Part shown: positions 20,307-31,746 of the stretch, piece by piece | Position numbering within the stretch: position 1 is the stretch's first letter | Layout: each line of letters opens with the position of its first letter | NCBI RefSeq assembly: GCF_003543135.1 | Contig: NZ_DPJG01000016.1 | Origin: Rheinheimera sp. | GTDB lineage: Bacteria > Pseudomonadota > Gammaproteobacteria > Enterobacterales > Alteromonadaceae | DNA: 64,000 bases | Strand: one strand, 5' to 3' | Program-made: the position numbers and the translations under genes | Notes under the pieces: generated by a model | Database searches by the model: none | Seen by the model: only the letters and a program-made list of their open reading frames with translations | What the model was told of the DNA's origin: nothing

Positions 20307-21213
20307 CGTCGGCCAGTAGCTGCTGTAACGCTTGCCAGTATTGTGGATTGGGCTGACTGCTCAAAAGGGGTAACAATTCAGCGCCAATACTGGTGAATTT
20401 ATAATATTGCAGTACCAGCCCCTGATGTTTGGTGCGCCCCTGCAGCAGCTGTTGATGGTAATACCATTGTAATTGCTGGTTTTTACCAAGTTCACCACTT
20501 TCAATTTCAGACTGGTGCAACAAGCCAAGGTCAATCAGGTTTAAAATCTGCGGGTAAGTGAGGCCAAACTGACTCAGATTCAGCATGCCGCGGCTTTTGC
20601 CGGCCAGCCAGCGCCACAACGATCCCTGCTGCACATAACCAAAATAAATATGCGCCGGCTCCTGGCTTTTTATACGGCAACTCAGGCTGGCGGCCAGTTG
20701 CAGTGCAATCGCATCTTTGTGGTTCATTTGTTTGAGCAACAACAGGGTTTTTAACGAAAAGCTGCCCGGGCCACTGATTTCGCCGGCCAGAATTTTGGCC
20801 CAGAGTTTTTGCATACTGTGGCTCGAAATATCCAGTACCAGCTCACAATAAGCCGAAAACCAATCCGGGTCGACATCCTGGCTGGTCTGCATTTCGGTGC
20901 AATAATCCAGGGCCAGTGTCATCACCCGTTCAAGATTCAGCTGTTGTTGCTCCTGGCGCATCTGGATACGACGGTTGGCACGTTCCGCCAAAGTGAAGCC
21001 GGCAAACAGTTCTTGCTCGGTCAGCGCTACGCCGGCTCTGCTGCTAAGCTGTTGATGTTTGTCGATAAAGCTGGCATTGCCCTGCAATTCATCAAGCGGC
21101 AGAGGTGCAGTACTCTGACGCACAGTGCCGGCAGATTGTAAATCGCCGCCGAGTTGTTTCCTGGCCAGTTGACGTAACTTTTGTTGCCCGGACAGGCTCT
21201 GTACCTTGGTCAT
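20281..21213 (-). CDS. TIGR03899 / DUF2806-like protein
   Basis: VDPDWF, MQKLWAKILAGEISGPGSFSLKTL; start moved to MTKVQ, though an earlier start is possible. Confidence 0.75.
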   Translation of the reverse strand: MTKVQSLSGQQKLRQLARKQLGGDLQSAGTVRQSTAPLPLDELQGNASFIDKHQQLSSRAGVALTEQELFAGFTLAERANRRIQMRQEQQQLNLERVMTLALDYCTEMQTSQDVDPDWFSAYCELVLDISSHSMQKLWAKILAGEISGPGSFSLKTLLLLKQMNHKDAIALQLAASLSCRIKSQEPAHIYFGYVQQGSLWRWLAGKSRGMLNLSQFGLTYPQILNLIDLGLLHQSEIESGELGKNQQLQWYYHQQLLQGRTKHQGLVLQYYKFTSIGAELLPLLSSQPNPQYWQALQQLLADVIVFHQPG

Positions 21214-21550
21214 AAAGCTCCATGCTTTTGCGAAAATCATCGTATTGTGTTGCCGTCTCGGTAACAGCATATCGGCCAGAGCAGCCTGTACACAAAAAAA
21301 CTTTGTGTAAGCTGATAAATTTATTGTTATTTAAATGAATTTAAACGGTAATTTGTTGTTCGGCCTTGCTGCTGATCCCGACAAAATGATTGCATTTTTT
21401 AACTAAGCGTATAGTGTAATAAGTCAGACAACAAGCTGGCTACCGGCTTCACTGACAAGGTGTGCAGGTGTAATGTCGGTGCATATCCCGCCCTTTGTTC
21501 AAGCGGGAAATTTGTGCCAGATGTTCGGACTCAATGGATAAGGTCGTAAC

Positions 21551-23794
21551 ATGGTGTCAAAAGTAACAGAAGATGATTTTCTGTTTCTCGCAGAAGATGA
21601 TGTGCCAGAGTCAGAAATCCCGCAAATTACCGGGGAATGGCATCTGCTGATTGTTGATGACGATGAAGAAATCCATACCGTCACCCGCCTTGCTTTAAGT
21701 GATTTATTGGTGCTTGGGCGCAAATTAGTTTTCCACCATGCTTATTCTGGCAAAGAGGCCATTAGTTTTCTGCAGAAAAACCAGAATGTTGCCGTTATTT
21801 TGCTCGATGTGGTGATGGAATCTGACGACGCGGGTTTGCTGGTGGTGCAACAGATCCGTGAGCAGCTGGGCATGGATGAAGTGCGGATTGTGCTCAGAAC
21901 TGGCCAACCCGGTTATGCGCCGGAAGAAAGCGTCATTAAAGAATATGATATCAATGACTACAAAACCAAAACTGAACTGACCCGCAGCAAACTGGTTACT
22001 TCTATCATCTCGTCCATCCGCTCTTATCAGCAAATCCGCACCATCAACCAAAACCGGCTGGGTTTACAGAAAATTATTAATGCCGGCGCCAATTTGCTGG
22101 AACAACATTCGCTGCATGAGTTTTCCGAAGGCGTGGTGACACAAATTTCATCGCTGATTGGTTTGCATGCCGAAGGTGTACTCTGTGCACAAATTGAAGA
22201 TGATGGCTCGACCAGTGACAATGTGTATGTGCTGGGCGCTGCCGGCCATTATGCGCCCTATATTAAATGTAAACTGGAACGTTTAAATAACCCGCGCATT
22301 ATTCAGCAAATTTTGCAGTGCCTGCAGCAAAAACGGCATATTTTTACCGGTTTTGACACTGTGTTATATCTTGGCAATGCCGAGCACAGCGCTGCTGTGT
22401 ATATCGAAACCAACAGGCCGATTGAAGATTTTGACCGTCAGCTGATTGAGGTATTTTTAAGCAATATTTCTATTGGTTATGAAAACGTCACTTTGTTTCA
22501 ACAGCTCAAACATGCCGCTTATATCGACCCATTAACCAAAACGCCAAACCGTAATGAATTTACCCAATTGCTGGAGGAAACCAAAAGACTGGATCCGGGC
22601 AATAATGTGGCGGTGTTGATTGATATCGACCACTTTTCAGATGTTAATGATGGCCTGGGGCAGGAAGTTGGCAATGAGTTATTAATTGCAGTCACGCGCC
22701 GTTTGGTGGAGCATTTTGGCGATCTGGCGCAAATAGGTCGTATTGGTGCCGATGTTTTTGGTTTGATTGGGCCTGAAGATGTGCTGACGCCTCCGGCAAT
22801 TAATGCCGTTTTTACCCAGCCATTTCAGGCGTCAGAACATGGGTTACAAATTAATGCCACCCTTGGGTTTTGCCGCTTAGTGGATACAGTCAAACAAGGT
22901 TTGGGTATTCTCAAGCATGTCTATATAGCGCTGAACCGTGCGAAAAAGAATCTGTCGCAGAATTTTGAATATTACAGCAGCGAAATGGAAGAGCAGATGG
23001 CCGAACGTTTGGCTTTGCTGCGCACGCTGCGGCAGGATTTTAGCCAGGATAAACTGCAGCTGTGGTATCAGCCGCAAATATCTTTGCATACCAATCAGGT
23101 GATAGGTATGGAGGCGCTGTTGCGCTGGCCTACCGGGCAGGGCGGTTATATTTCCCCGGCTGTGTTTATTCCATTGGCGGAATATTCAGGTTTAATTGTT
23201 GAAATTGGTGCCTGGGTCATTCAGCAGGCATGTCAGCAAATTAAGTATCTGCAGTCACAGGGGCTGGCCGATATGCGCATTGCGGTGAACGTGTCGATGC
23301 CGCAGTTCCGGAATCCGTTATTTGTTGAGTCGGTGATTGACTGTGTGCAGCGTTATCAGGTGGCGCCTGAATTGCTGGAGCTGGAAATTACGGAGTCTGT
23401 GGTGATGGACGAGCCTAAGATAGTGATTGACGCGCTGAACAGGTTAAAAGATCACGGCATTAAAGTGGCGATTGATGACTTTGGTATTGGTTTTTCCAGC
23501 CTGAGTTATCTGCAACAATTGCCGCTGGACCGCATCAAAGTGGACAGGGCATTTATTCGTGACTTTGCTGCGCCAAATGGTGCTGTCATTGCCGAAACCA
23601 TTATTCATTTGGGCAAAAAACTCGGTTTAGCCACTATTGCTGAAGGTATTGAAACTCAGGAGCAGGCCGACGCTGTGCGTGCCATGGGCTGTGACGAAGT
23701 GCAGGGTTTTATGTATGCCAAGCCAATGCCTACTCAGGAATTACTGGCTTTTTTGCAGCAGAGCGTCAATCCGGCTGGTAAAAAGACCGATTAA
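21551..23794 (+). CDS. REC-DUF3369-GGDEF(degenerate)-EAL protein, probable c-di-GMP phosphodiesterase
   Basis: LIVDDDEEIH, RTGQPGYAPEE, INDYKTKTELT; GADVF in place of GGDEF; EALLRW and DDFGIGFSSLSYL. Confidence 0.9.
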   Translation: MVSKVTEDDFLFLAEDDVPESEIPQITGEWHLLIVDDDEEIHTVTRLALSDLLVLGRKLVFHHAYSGKEAISFLQKNQNVAVILLDVVMESDDAGLLVVQQIREQLGMDEVRIVLRTGQPGYAPEESVIKEYDINDYKTKTELTRSKLVTSIISSIRSYQQIRTINQNRLGLQKIINAGANLLEQHSLHEFSEGVVTQISSLIGLHAEGVLCAQIEDDGSTSDNVYVLGAAGHYAPYIKCKLERLNNPRIIQQILQCLQQKRHIFTGFDTVLYLGNAEHSAAVYIETNRPIEDFDRQLIEVFLSNISIGYENVTLFQQLKHAAYIDPLTKTPNRNEFTQLLEETKRLDPGNNVAVLIDIDHFSDVNDGLGQEVGNELLIAVTRRLVEHFGDLAQIGRIGADVFGLIGPEDVLTPPAINAVFTQPFQASEHGLQINATLGFCRLVDTVKQGLGILKHVYIALNRAKKNLSQNFEYYSSEMEEQMAERLALLRTLRQDFSQDKLQLWYQPQISLHTNQVIGMEALLRWPTGQGGYISPAVFIPLAEYSGLIVEIGAWVIQQACQQIKYLQSQGLADMRIAVNVSMPQFRNPLFVESVIDCVQRYQVAPELLELEITESVVMDEPKIVIDALNRLKDHGIKVAIDDFGIGFSSLSYLQQLPLDRIKVDRAFIRDFAAPNGAVIAETIIHLGKKLGLATIAEGIETQEQADAVRAMGCDEVQGFMYAKPMPTQELLAFLQQSVNPAGKKTD

Positions 23795-23815
23795 TGCTGT
23801 CACCAGAGATCCTTG

Positions 23816-23843
23816 TAAAAGCCACCTTCAGGGTGGTTTTTTA
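23816..23843 (+). terminator. Terminator after the EAL gene
   Basis: AAAAGCCACC-ttcag-GGTGGTTTTTT. Confidence 0.75.
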
Positions 23844-23963
23844 TTGCTGCGGACAGTGGGGATGGTCTGAAGTGAGACACAGTTGCCGACACTACAGCGC
23901 AGTTTTCTAACTTAGCACAAATACTGAGATGTCTTCACCCAGAGCCTGTTGCCGGGCAAGAAT

Positions 23964-23988
23964 AAAAAAGGCGCCATCGGCGCCTTTT
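23964..23988 (-). terminator. Terminator after the MCP gene
   Basis: AAAAAAGGCGCC-atc-GGCGCCTTTT. Confidence 0.8.
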
Positions 23989-24011
23989 GACTGTTTCACG
24001 AAAGAACGACA

Positions 24012-25631
24012 TCAAACCCGGAACAGGCGGGCAATACTTTCCAGATTTTGTGCCAGATTGGCCAGCTCACGGGCGGCTTTGGCAATATGCCCGGCACTTT
24101 GTGAACTGTGTTCTGTGTGCTTCACAATTTCTACCACATGACCAACTATGGTACCGGCCATGGTTTGTTGTTCTTCGGTTGCGGCGGCAATATGCTGGTT
24201 CATCTCGCGAATGCGACGAATACTGGTGGTGATCACCTGCAATGACTCACCGGCCTGGTTGGCTGAAGTCACACTTTGATCAGCCTGTACTGTACTTTGC
24301 TGCATTTTTTGCACAGCGGAGCGGGCGGCCGATTGCAGCTGTTCAATGGTTTTCTGAATTTCTTCAGTCGATTTCTGGGTGCGGGACGCCAGAGTACGAA
24401 CTTCGTCCGCCACCACCGCAAAACCCCGGCCCTGTTCACCGGCTCGTGCCGCTTCAATAGCTGCGTTTAATGCCAGCAGGTTGGTTTGTTCAGCAATACC
24501 TTTGATTACATCAAGCACTGCGCCAACCTGATTGGCGTCGGTTTCCAGTTTCAGAATAACTTCTGAAGCCTCCTGCACATTGGTGGCGAGCTGGCGGATG
24601 TTGTTGACTGTGACCCCAACAGTTTGCTGACCACGGTCGGCTGCAACGTTAGAGTCATTGGCGGCGCTGGAGGCTTCGTTGGCACTGCTGGCTTCGGCAA
24701 TCACACTGTTACTCATATCATCAACGGCGTACTTAGCCTGTTCGGCGGCCTGACGCTGCACAGCAATGGTTTTATTGGTGTCGTCGGTTAATTGATGTAA
24801 ATCTTTGGCAAGTGACGACAACGGCAGCGCAGTGTTGACAATTTCTTTCACCACACCCTGCAGTTTTTCCATAAAAGAATTAAACCAGAAGGCTAAATCA
24901 CCCAGTTCATCTTTGGATTTGGTTTCAATTCTTACTGTTAAATCGCCGTCTTCTTTGGCCAGATCTTTTAATGAATGAATAATATTGCCAAGACTGTTAT
25001 TAATGCCACTTACCACAGGGACGGCGGTACCAAATAACACCAGGGTGGTGATCACGCCCATCAGAATACCGACAGTGATCAGCGTACTGGCCTGATTGTT
25101 GGCGTCATCAATAGAGCCTTTAAAGTGGGTCAGCTGGACATCACGAAATTCGGTCAGTTTTTTCACTGTGTTGTCATAGTCTGCGTTCATTTTTTGCGAA
25201 CGTTCGCCTATGGTGGCCATATCTGCCGTGTTGTTCACCATTTCCTGCGACACTTTAAAGGCGACGGAGTAATAACTGTCGAACGAGGAAAGAATAGGGC
25301 TGATTTCTTTGCTCAGATCTGAATCTAAGGTACTGACCTGATTCAGTTGTTTTTTCAGCTGGTCGGCAAAAGCATTAGAAATATTCAGTGCTTCTTCGTC
25401 CCCTGTGGTGACTGCACTTGCCAGCGATTCCTTCACCCGCTCAAGTGCCACCAGGCTGCTTTCGGCGGCCTGCAATACCGGGAACTGAATGTCTCTGGTG
25501 CTTTCCAGTGTTTTGACGTTATTCAGTGCAGTAACTGTGGCCAAAACCAGGTAGATAATGAAACTGATTGTCCCGATGAAGGGTATTAAATAAATTTTTT
25601 TCGCAATCGAAAGGCGTTGCAAAAACTCCAT
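24012..25631 (-). CDS. Methyl-accepting chemotaxis protein
   Basis: Two TMs, HAMP domain, [34 protein letters not shown]. Confidence 0.97.
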   Translation of the reverse strand: MEFLQRLSIAKKIYLIPFIGTISFIIYLVLATVTALNNVKTLESTRDIQFPVLQAAESSLVALERVKESLASAVTTGDEEALNISNAFADQLKKQLNQVSTLDSDLSKEISPILSSFDSYYSVAFKVSQEMVNNTADMATIGERSQKMNADYDNTVKKLTEFRDVQLTHFKGSIDDANNQASTLITVGILMGVITTLVLFGTAVPVVSGINNSLGNIIHSLKDLAKEDGDLTVRIETKSKDELGDLAFWFNSFMEKLQGVVKEIVNTALPLSSLAKDLHQLTDDTNKTIAVQRQAAEQAKYAVDDMSNSVIAEASSANEASSAANDSNVAADRGQQTVGVTVNNIRQLATNVQEASEVILKLETDANQVGAVLDVIKGIAEQTNLLALNAAIEAARAGEQGRGFAVVADEVRTLASRTQKSTEEIQKTIEQLQSAARSAVQKMQQSTVQADQSVTSANQAGESLQVITTSIRRIREMNQHIAAATEEQQTMAGTIVGHVVEIVKHTEHSSQSAGHIAKAARELANLAQNLESIARLFRV

Positions 25632-25857
25632 ACACGCGTACCCCTGTAGCTAACAAACTGAAGGAATTGTTTGTAATAAATTTTTTTTAAAAACGGTTTT
25701 AGTATAGTCAGCAAAAAGCCTAAATGCTGCAACAAATCAAGTTATGCGACAAAAATCGTAATATAAAGAATGAATTATAACGATTTGCTTATTTTTGTTT
25801 CCAATCTGGTTTCAAAACAGCGGTAGGGCAGATGAGGGCTTGGGGAAATCGACGCAG

Positions 25858-25885
25858 AAAAAAGCCCGCATGAAGCGGGCTTTTT
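25858..25885 (-). terminator. Terminator after ppa
   Basis: AAAAAAGCCCGC-atgaa-GCGGGCTTTTT. Confidence 0.85.
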
Positions 25886-25888
25886 CAG

Positions 25889-26419
25889 TTATTTTTGCTG
25901 GGCACGTTCAAAAGAAGTGCTGATTTCAGCTTTGGCTTCGGCTTTGTCGCCCCAGCCAATGACTTTTACCCACTTGCCTGGCTCTAACTCTTTGTAACGC
26001 TCAAAGAAATGCTGAATTTGTTGTTTCAGCAGTTCAGGCACGTCATTGATGTCCTGGATATGGTCATAAATTTTGGTCAGTTTGCTGATTGGCACTGCCA
26101 GTACCTTGGCATCTTCACCTGACTCGTCAGCCATTTTTAATACTGCAACAGGGCGGCATTTGATCACAGCACCTGGAACCAGTGGGTAGGGTGTTGGTAC
26201 CAGCACGTCGACCGGATCTCCATCCAGGCTCAGTGTATGGTTCACAAAACCGTAGTTACATGGGTAGAACATTGGTGTGGCCATAAAACGGTCAACCCAG
26301 ACAGTACCGCTGTCTTTGTCCACTTCGTATTTGATTGGATCGGCATTGGCCGGAATTTCAATAATGACGTTAATTTCGTCAGGCAGGTTTTTACCTGCTG
26401 GTACCAGACTCAGGCTCAT
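25889..26419 (-). CDS. ppa: Inorganic pyrophosphatase
   Basis: KYEVDK, YPCNYG and DGDPVDVL. Confidence 0.98.
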   Translation of the reverse strand: MSLSLVPAGKNLPDEINVIIEIPANADPIKYEVDKDSGTVWVDRFMATPMFYPCNYGFVNHTLSLDGDPVDVLVPTPYPLVPGAVIKCRPVAVLKMADESGEDAKVLAVPISKLTKIYDHIQDINDVPELLKQQIQHFFERYKELEPGKWVKVIGWGDKAEAKAEISTSFERAQQK

Positions 26420-26499
26420 GTTAGTTCCTTAAGATAAATGAAGTGTAAAAAATGCCGCCTATTATAACGGCGGCATCAAAAATGGCTATGGTTTTGACC

Positions 26500-26625
26500 T
26501 ATTCCCTTCATCCTTGAAGTTGTGGGGGGGTGGCCGCCTTCACTCAGCCCAGTCACATAGATGACTATGCTCCTGGGGCTGCTCTCAGTTGCCGCCTACC
26601 CACATCTTCAATGATTTTGGGTAAA
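26500..26625. repeat. ERIC/IRU-like 126 bp palindromic intergenic repeat
   Basis: Ends TATTCCC...GGGTAAA, central CCCAGTCAC-ATAGATGACTAT-GCTCCTGGG, TTGCCGCC; length and layout match the ERIC consensus as I recall it. Confidence 0.8.
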
Positions 26626-26631
26626 CGCCTG

Positions 26632-27603
26632 CTACGCCTGATGATACTTCAGGCAGGTTTCCACTTCGTGTTTAGAACCCAGGATCACCGCCACCCGTTG
26701 GTGAATATCGGTTGGCTGGATTTCCATAATGCGCTGGTAGCCTGTGGAACTGACACCACCGGCCTGTTCTACTAAAAAGCTCATTGGGTTAGCTTCATAC
26801 ATCAGACGTAATTTATAAGGTTTATTGGCATCTTTGGTGTCGGTGGGGTACATAAACACACCGCCACGGCACAACACCCGGTGTACATCACCCACCATGG
26901 CGGCTATCCAGCGCATATTAAAGTTTTTACCACGAGGGCCGGTTTTACCCAGCAGTAAATCAGCGATATAGGCCTGCATTGCCGGTTCCCAATGGCGCTG
27001 GTTTGACATATTAATGGCAAATTCGGCCGTCATACCTGGCACCGCCACTTCTTCCTGGGTTAACAAAAAGCCGCCGTAGGTTTTATCCAGCGTATAAAGT
27101 TTGGTGCCTTTGCCTGTGGTCAGCGCCAGCATAGTGGAAGGGCCGTACAACACATAACCTGCAGCCAGTTGGGCTGTGCCAGGTTGTAAAAACTGCGCAG
27201 CATCTGCAGCGTCCAGATCAGCACGCGCCGGCAGAATAGAAAAAATAGTGCCAATCAGACTGTTGATATCGGTATTGGATGAGCCATCCAACGGGTCAAA
27301 AGTCACCAGATATTTGCCGTTAGGATTGCCAGCCACAGTGTGGTCTTCTTCTTCTGACGAAATTGCTTTGACCAGACCGGTTTCCAGAATCATGTCTTTG
27401 AGCAGTTCGTTAGCCAGCACATCGAGTTTTTTCTGTGTTTCACCCTGAATGTTTTCATCCAGGGTCGAGCCCAGCACGCCAGCCAGTGCGCCCTGGCCAA
27501 CACGAAAAGAGATCTCTTTACAGGCAGCCAGAATTGTTTTGGTCAATGAAATCAGGTCGGTATCAACTCCGTCCTGCCGTAATACGGGAGCCAGTCGGCG
27601 CAT
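26632..27603 (-). CDS. fbp: Fructose-1,6-bisphosphatase class 1
   Basis: [18 protein letters not shown] and [10 protein letters not shown]; start moved to MRRLAP (27603). Confidence 0.97.
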   Translation of the reverse strand: MRRLAPVLRQDGVDTDLISLTKTILAACKEISFRVGQGALAGVLGSTLDENIQGETQKKLDVLANELLKDMILETGLVKAISSEEEDHTVAGNPNGKYLVTFDPLDGSSNTDINSLIGTIFSILPARADLDAADAAQFLQPGTAQLAAGYVLYGPSTMLALTTGKGTKLYTLDKTYGGFLLTQEEVAVPGMTAEFAINMSNQRHWEPAMQAYIADLLLGKTGPRGKNFNMRWIAAMVGDVHRVLCRGGVFMYPTDTKDANKPYKLRLMYEANPMSFLVEQAGGVSSTGYQRIMEIQPTDIHQRVAVILGSKHEVETCLKYHQA

Positions 27604-27820
27604 GGTGAATTCCTTGTTGAAAATGCTGTAGGGTGGGTGTCTGCCCTTTTTCTGCTGGCCTCTGGGCGCTTGGCAGTACACCGGCGCACAGTGTAAAGAA
27701 TTTAACGAAAAAATGCAGTTTTTGGCCTTATTTTATTTGCTTTTGTTGTGAAGCGCTTTTGTTACAATGCCTTATCTTGGCCACGCTTGGCGCTTGTGGT
27801 CGCTGTACGAGGGAAAGGTT

Positions 27821-29179
27821 ATGCATATTCATATTTTGGGCATTTGTGGCACTTTTATGGGCGGTATTGCCGCTATTGCCAAAGCCATGGGACACAAAGT
27901 AACGGGCTCCGATGCCAATGTGTATCCGCCGATGAGCACTCAGCTGGAAGCTTTGGGCATTACCCTGACTCAGGGCTATGACGCCAGTCAGTTTGAACCA
28001 GCACCGGATTTAGTCATTATTGGCAACGCCATGTCGCGTGGTAATTCCGCCGTGGAATATGTGCTGAACAGCAACCTGCCTTACACCTCAGGGCCTGAAT
28101 GGCTGGCGACAAATGTGCTGCAAAGTCGTTGGGTACTGGCGGTGTCTGGCACTCATGGTAAAACCACCACCACCTCGATGCTGGCCTGGATTTTAGAATA
28201 TGCTGGCCTGACCCCTGGTTTTTTAATTGGGGGTATTCCGCAGAATTTTGACGTATCAGCAAGATTGGGTGATGCGCCGTTTTTTGTGATTGAAGCTGAT
28301 GAATACGACACGGCCTTTTTTGATAAACGCAGCAAGTTTGTGCATTACCGGCCGCGCACTTTAATTATCAATAACCTCGAATTTGACCATGCCGATATTT
28401 TCCCGGATTTAGCCGCTATCCAGCGCCAGTTCCACCATTTATTGCGCATGGTGCCGGGTAATGGCCTGGTGTTATCGCCGGCCAAAGTGCCCGCCATTGA
28501 TGAAACGCTGCAGATGGGCTGCTGGAGTGAACAACAACGTTCCGGCACCGACTGGCAGGCAACTTTGCTGCAAAAAGACGGCAGCAAGTTTTCCGTGAGT
28601 TTTAACGGCCAACAGCTGGGTGAAGTGCAGTGGGATTTAACCGGGCAGCATAGTGTCGACAACGGCCTGATGGCCATTGCAGCGGCGCGCCACGCCGGAG
28701 TGCCGGCAGCTGTTGCTATTGAAGCCTTGTCGAAGTTTATTGCGCCCAAAAGGCGGATGGAGCTTAAAGGCACAGTGGCCGACATTGCGGTGTACGACGA
28801 TTTTGCCCATCACCCCACTGCCATCGACACCACTTTGGCAGGTCTTCGCAATAAAGTGGGCGAAAAGCGTATTCTGGCCGTATTAGAGCCGCGCTCCAAT
28901 ACCATGAGGTTGGGCGTACACAAAGAAGCCTTGCCCGCCTCGTTAAAACAAGCCGATCTGGTGTTTTTATTTGAGCCGGCCAATTCCGGTTGGTCGCTTG
29001 CTGATGTGGCCAAAGCCATAGGACCACAGGCTGAAGTAGGCACCGACATTGACGCTTTGGTGGCAAGGGTAACAGAGCAGGCACAAAGTGGTGATTCGGT
29101 GGTGATTATGAGTAACGGCGGTTTTGGTGGTATTCATGACAAACTGCTCGATGCACTGCGGAAAAAATGGGAACACTAA
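27821..29179 (+). CDS. mpl: Murein peptide ligase
   Basis: [24 protein letters not shown] and [10 protein letters not shown]; fbp-mpl synteny. Confidence 0.97.
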   Translation: MHIHILGICGTFMGGIAAIAKAMGHKVTGSDANVYPPMSTQLEALGITLTQGYDASQFEPAPDLVIIGNAMSRGNSAVEYVLNSNLPYTSGPEWLATNVLQSRWVLAVSGTHGKTTTTSMLAWILEYAGLTPGFLIGGIPQNFDVSARLGDAPFFVIEADEYDTAFFDKRSKFVHYRPRTLIINNLEFDHADIFPDLAAIQRQFHHLLRMVPGNGLVLSPAKVPAIDETLQMGCWSEQQRSGTDWQATLLQKDGSKFSVSFNGQQLGEVQWDLTGQHSVDNGLMAIAAARHAGVPAAVAIEALSKFIAPKRRMELKGTVADIAVYDDFAHHPTAIDTTLAGLRNKVGEKRILAVLEPRSNTMRLGVHKEALPASLKQADLVFLFEPANSGWSLADVAKAIGPQAEVGTDIDALVARVTEQAQSGDSVVIMSNGGFGGIHDKLLDALRKKWEH

Positions 29180-29850
29180 TGCATAACAATCCTGATGTTG
29201 CCAAAACCAAAGGCAAAGAAGTGACGCTGGCTTTTACCGGCGCTTCCGGTGCTTTATATGGCTGGCGTTTGCTGCAGTCGCTGCTGGCACTTAATGTGAA
29301 AGTGCATCTGCTGATTTCAAGTGCCGCCCGGGTGGTGTTTGCCACCGAACACAATTTAAAGCTCAACGGCAATCCGCAAAGCTGTCAGCAGCAGCTGGTG
29401 GAGCTGTTTGGCTGCGATCCAGCCTTATTGGCGGTTTATGGCAAAGACGACTGGTTTTCGCCCGTAGCTTCAGGCTCGGCTGCGCCCAAAACCATGGTGG
29501 TGTGCCCTTGTTCTACCGGCACTGTTGCTGCTATTGCCCATGGTATGAGTGACAATCTGATAGAGCGGGCCGCTGATGTGGTGATCAAAGAGCAGGGCCA
29601 GCTGATTTTAGTGCCCCGCGAAACGCCATTAAGCGCTTTGCATCTGGAAAACCTGTTAAAACTTGCCAAGCTGGGCGTGACCATTATGCCGGCCGCCCCC
29701 GGTTTTTATCATCAGCCACAATCTATTGAAGATCTGATTGATTTTATGGTCGCCCGCATTCTGGATCATTTACAGCTGCCACAGCAGCTGATGCCACGCT
29801 GGGGTTATGCCACTGCGGTTTCTGCTGTCACAGGTTCGGCTGCAACCTGA
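29179..29850 (+). CDS. ubiX: Flavin prenyltransferase
   Basis: [25 protein letters not shown] and PAAPGFY. Confidence 0.93.
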   Translation: MHNNPDVAKTKGKEVTLAFTGASGALYGWRLLQSLLALNVKVHLLISSAARVVFATEHNLKLNGNPQSCQQQLVELFGCDPALLAVYGKDDWFSPVASGSAAPKTMVVCPCSTGTVAAIAHGMSDNLIERAADVVIKEQGQLILVPRETPLSALHLENLLKLAKLGVTIMPAAPGFYHQPQSIEDLIDFMVARILDHLQLPQQLMPRWGYATAVSAVTGSAAT

Positions 29851-29863
29851 TAAGGAGTTTTAC

Positions 29864-30790
29864 TTGACGCTCGCGCTTGATATTCAACAACTGAAAAAAA
29901 CCTATAAAAGTGGCACTGTGGCACTGAGTGGCATCGATTTGCAGGTGCAACAAGGGGACTTTTTTGCTTTGCTTGGCCCCAATGGTGCAGGCAAAAGTAC
30001 CTGTATTGGCATTATTGCCTCTTTGGTCAATAAAAGTTCGGGGAAAGTCAAAGTCTTTGATTTTGATATAGATACCGCGCTGGAAGATGCCAAAAGCCAG
30101 CTGGGCTTAGTACCGCAGGAATTTAACTTTAATCAGTTTGAAACTGTGCTGCAAATTGTGGTGAATCAGGCCGGTTATTATGGTGTGAATAAAACTGTGG
30201 CTTTGGCGCGCGCGGAAAAATATTTAGGCCAACTCGGATTGTGGGATAAACGTCACGCCCGCTCGCGTGAGCTTTCAGGTGGGATGAAACGTCGGCTGAT
30301 GATAGCCCGTGCTTTAATGCACGAGCCTAAGTTGTTGATTTTAGATGAGCCTACCGCTGGGGTTGATATAGAATTACGCCGCTCTATGTGGGAATTTTTA
30401 AAAGACATTAACCAGCAGGGGGTCACTATTATTCTGACCACCCACTATCTGGAAGAAGCGGAAAACCTGTGCCGTAATATCGCCATTATTAACCAGGGCC
30501 GTATTGTCGAAAACACCAGTATGAAGGCGTTGCTCAGCAAGCTGACCAAAGAAACCTTTGTGCTGGATTTAGCCAGTAGCGCCAAAGTGGAGCAACTGGA
30601 CGGTTTTACCGTGCGTCAGGTTGACGACCATACACTGGAAATTGACGTGGAAAAAGGCCAGGGCGTTAATGCGGTATTTGCGGCTTTATCAGCCAAAGGG
30701 GTGGAAGTGTTGTCAATGCGCAATAAAGCCAACCGGCTGGAAGAATTGTTTGTCAGTCTGGTGGAAAACGCGCAAGGAGTAAAAGCCTGA
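29864..30790 (+). CDS. yadG: ABC transporter ATP-binding protein (YadG-like)
   Basis: GPNGAGKST, LSGGMKRR and LDEPTAGVD; TTG start after AAGGAG. Confidence 0.88.
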   Translation: MTLALDIQQLKKTYKSGTVALSGIDLQVQQGDFFALLGPNGAGKSTCIGIIASLVNKSSGKVKVFDFDIDTALEDAKSQLGLVPQEFNFNQFETVLQIVVNQAGYYGVNKTVALARAEKYLGQLGLWDKRHARSRELSGGMKRRLMIARALMHEPKLLILDEPTAGVDIELRRSMWEFLKDINQQGVTIILTTHYLEEAENLCRNIAIINQGRIVENTSMKALLSKLTKETFVLDLASSAKVEQLDGFTVRQVDDHTLEIDVEKGQGVNAVFAALSAKGVEVLSMRNKANRLEELFVSLVENAQGVKA

Positions 30791-31560
30791 TGTCTGGTCG
30801 TTATTGGATTGCCTTTCAGAGTATTCTGAACAAAGAAACCAACAGATTTATGCGCATTTGGGTGCAAACCCTGGTGCCGCCTGCCATTACCATGACGCTG
30901 TATTTTATTATTTTTGGCAGTTTAATCGGCTCGCGCATCGGGGACATGGGCGGTTTTAGCTACATGGAATTTATTGTGCCTGGCCTGATTATGATGTCGG
31001 TGATCACCAACTCTTATTCCAATGTGGCGTCCAGTTTTTTTAGTGCCAAGTTCCAGCGTAATGTGGAAGAGCTGTTGGTAGCGCCAGTGCCAAACTACAT
31101 CATAGTGCTGGGTTATGTCGGCGGTGGGGTGGCCCGTGGGGTGCTGGTGGGTTTAATTGTCACTTTGCTGAGTCTGTTTTTTGTTGATATCCGTATTCAC
31201 CATCTGGCCGTGATTATTGCCACAGTGGTATTAAGTTCCACTTTATTTTCACTGGGTGGGCTCATTAACGCTGTGTATGCCAAAACCTTTGACGATATCA
31301 GCATAGTGCCCACTTTTGTGTTAACACCACTGACTTACTTAGGTGGGGTGTTTTATTCATTAACCTTATTGCCGGGTTTCTGGCAACAGGTGGCGGCGGC
31401 GAACCCTATTGTGTATATGGTCAACGCCTTTCGTTATGGTTTTTTAGGGGTGTCCGATGTCAGTATCACAGTGGCTTTTGCCGTGATGCTGAGTTTTATC
31501 GGTTTGTTGTTTGGTATTGCTATGCATCTGATCAACAAGGGGACTGGCCTTCGCAGCTGA
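30790..31560 (+). CDS. yadH: ABC-2 type permease (YadH-like)
   Basis: RFMRIWVQTLVPP and VLTPLTYLGGVFY. Confidence 0.9.
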   Translation: MSGRYWIAFQSILNKETNRFMRIWVQTLVPPAITMTLYFIIFGSLIGSRIGDMGGFSYMEFIVPGLIMMSVITNSYSNVASSFFSAKFQRNVEELLVAPVPNYIIVLGYVGGGVARGVLVGLIVTLLSLFFVDIRIHHLAVIIATVVLSSTLFSLGGLINAVYAKTFDDISIVPTFVLTPLTYLGGVFYSLTLLPGFWQQVAAANPIVYMVNAFRYGFLGVSDVSITVAFAVMLSFIGLLFGIAMHLINKGTGLRS

Positions 31561-31746
31561 ATATACAGCGGGAGTTGCCACCAGGACAGCAACAGATTGC
31601 TGCTGTTCCGACCAGTTTGGCCGGCAACACCAGTTTTTTGCAGACATTTAATGACACTTTTAGTACAGTGAATCCCTTTTTGACTGACCTTTTTGTGCCT
31701 GTGCCACTGTCAGATGCACAGGCGTAAAGACATCCAGTGAGAGCTT

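Noticed and set aside
21271-21550. c-di-GMP riboswitch upstream of the EAL gene
   Set aside because: No GEMM-type GNRA tetraloop/receptor or GCAAA/GACGC core could be found.
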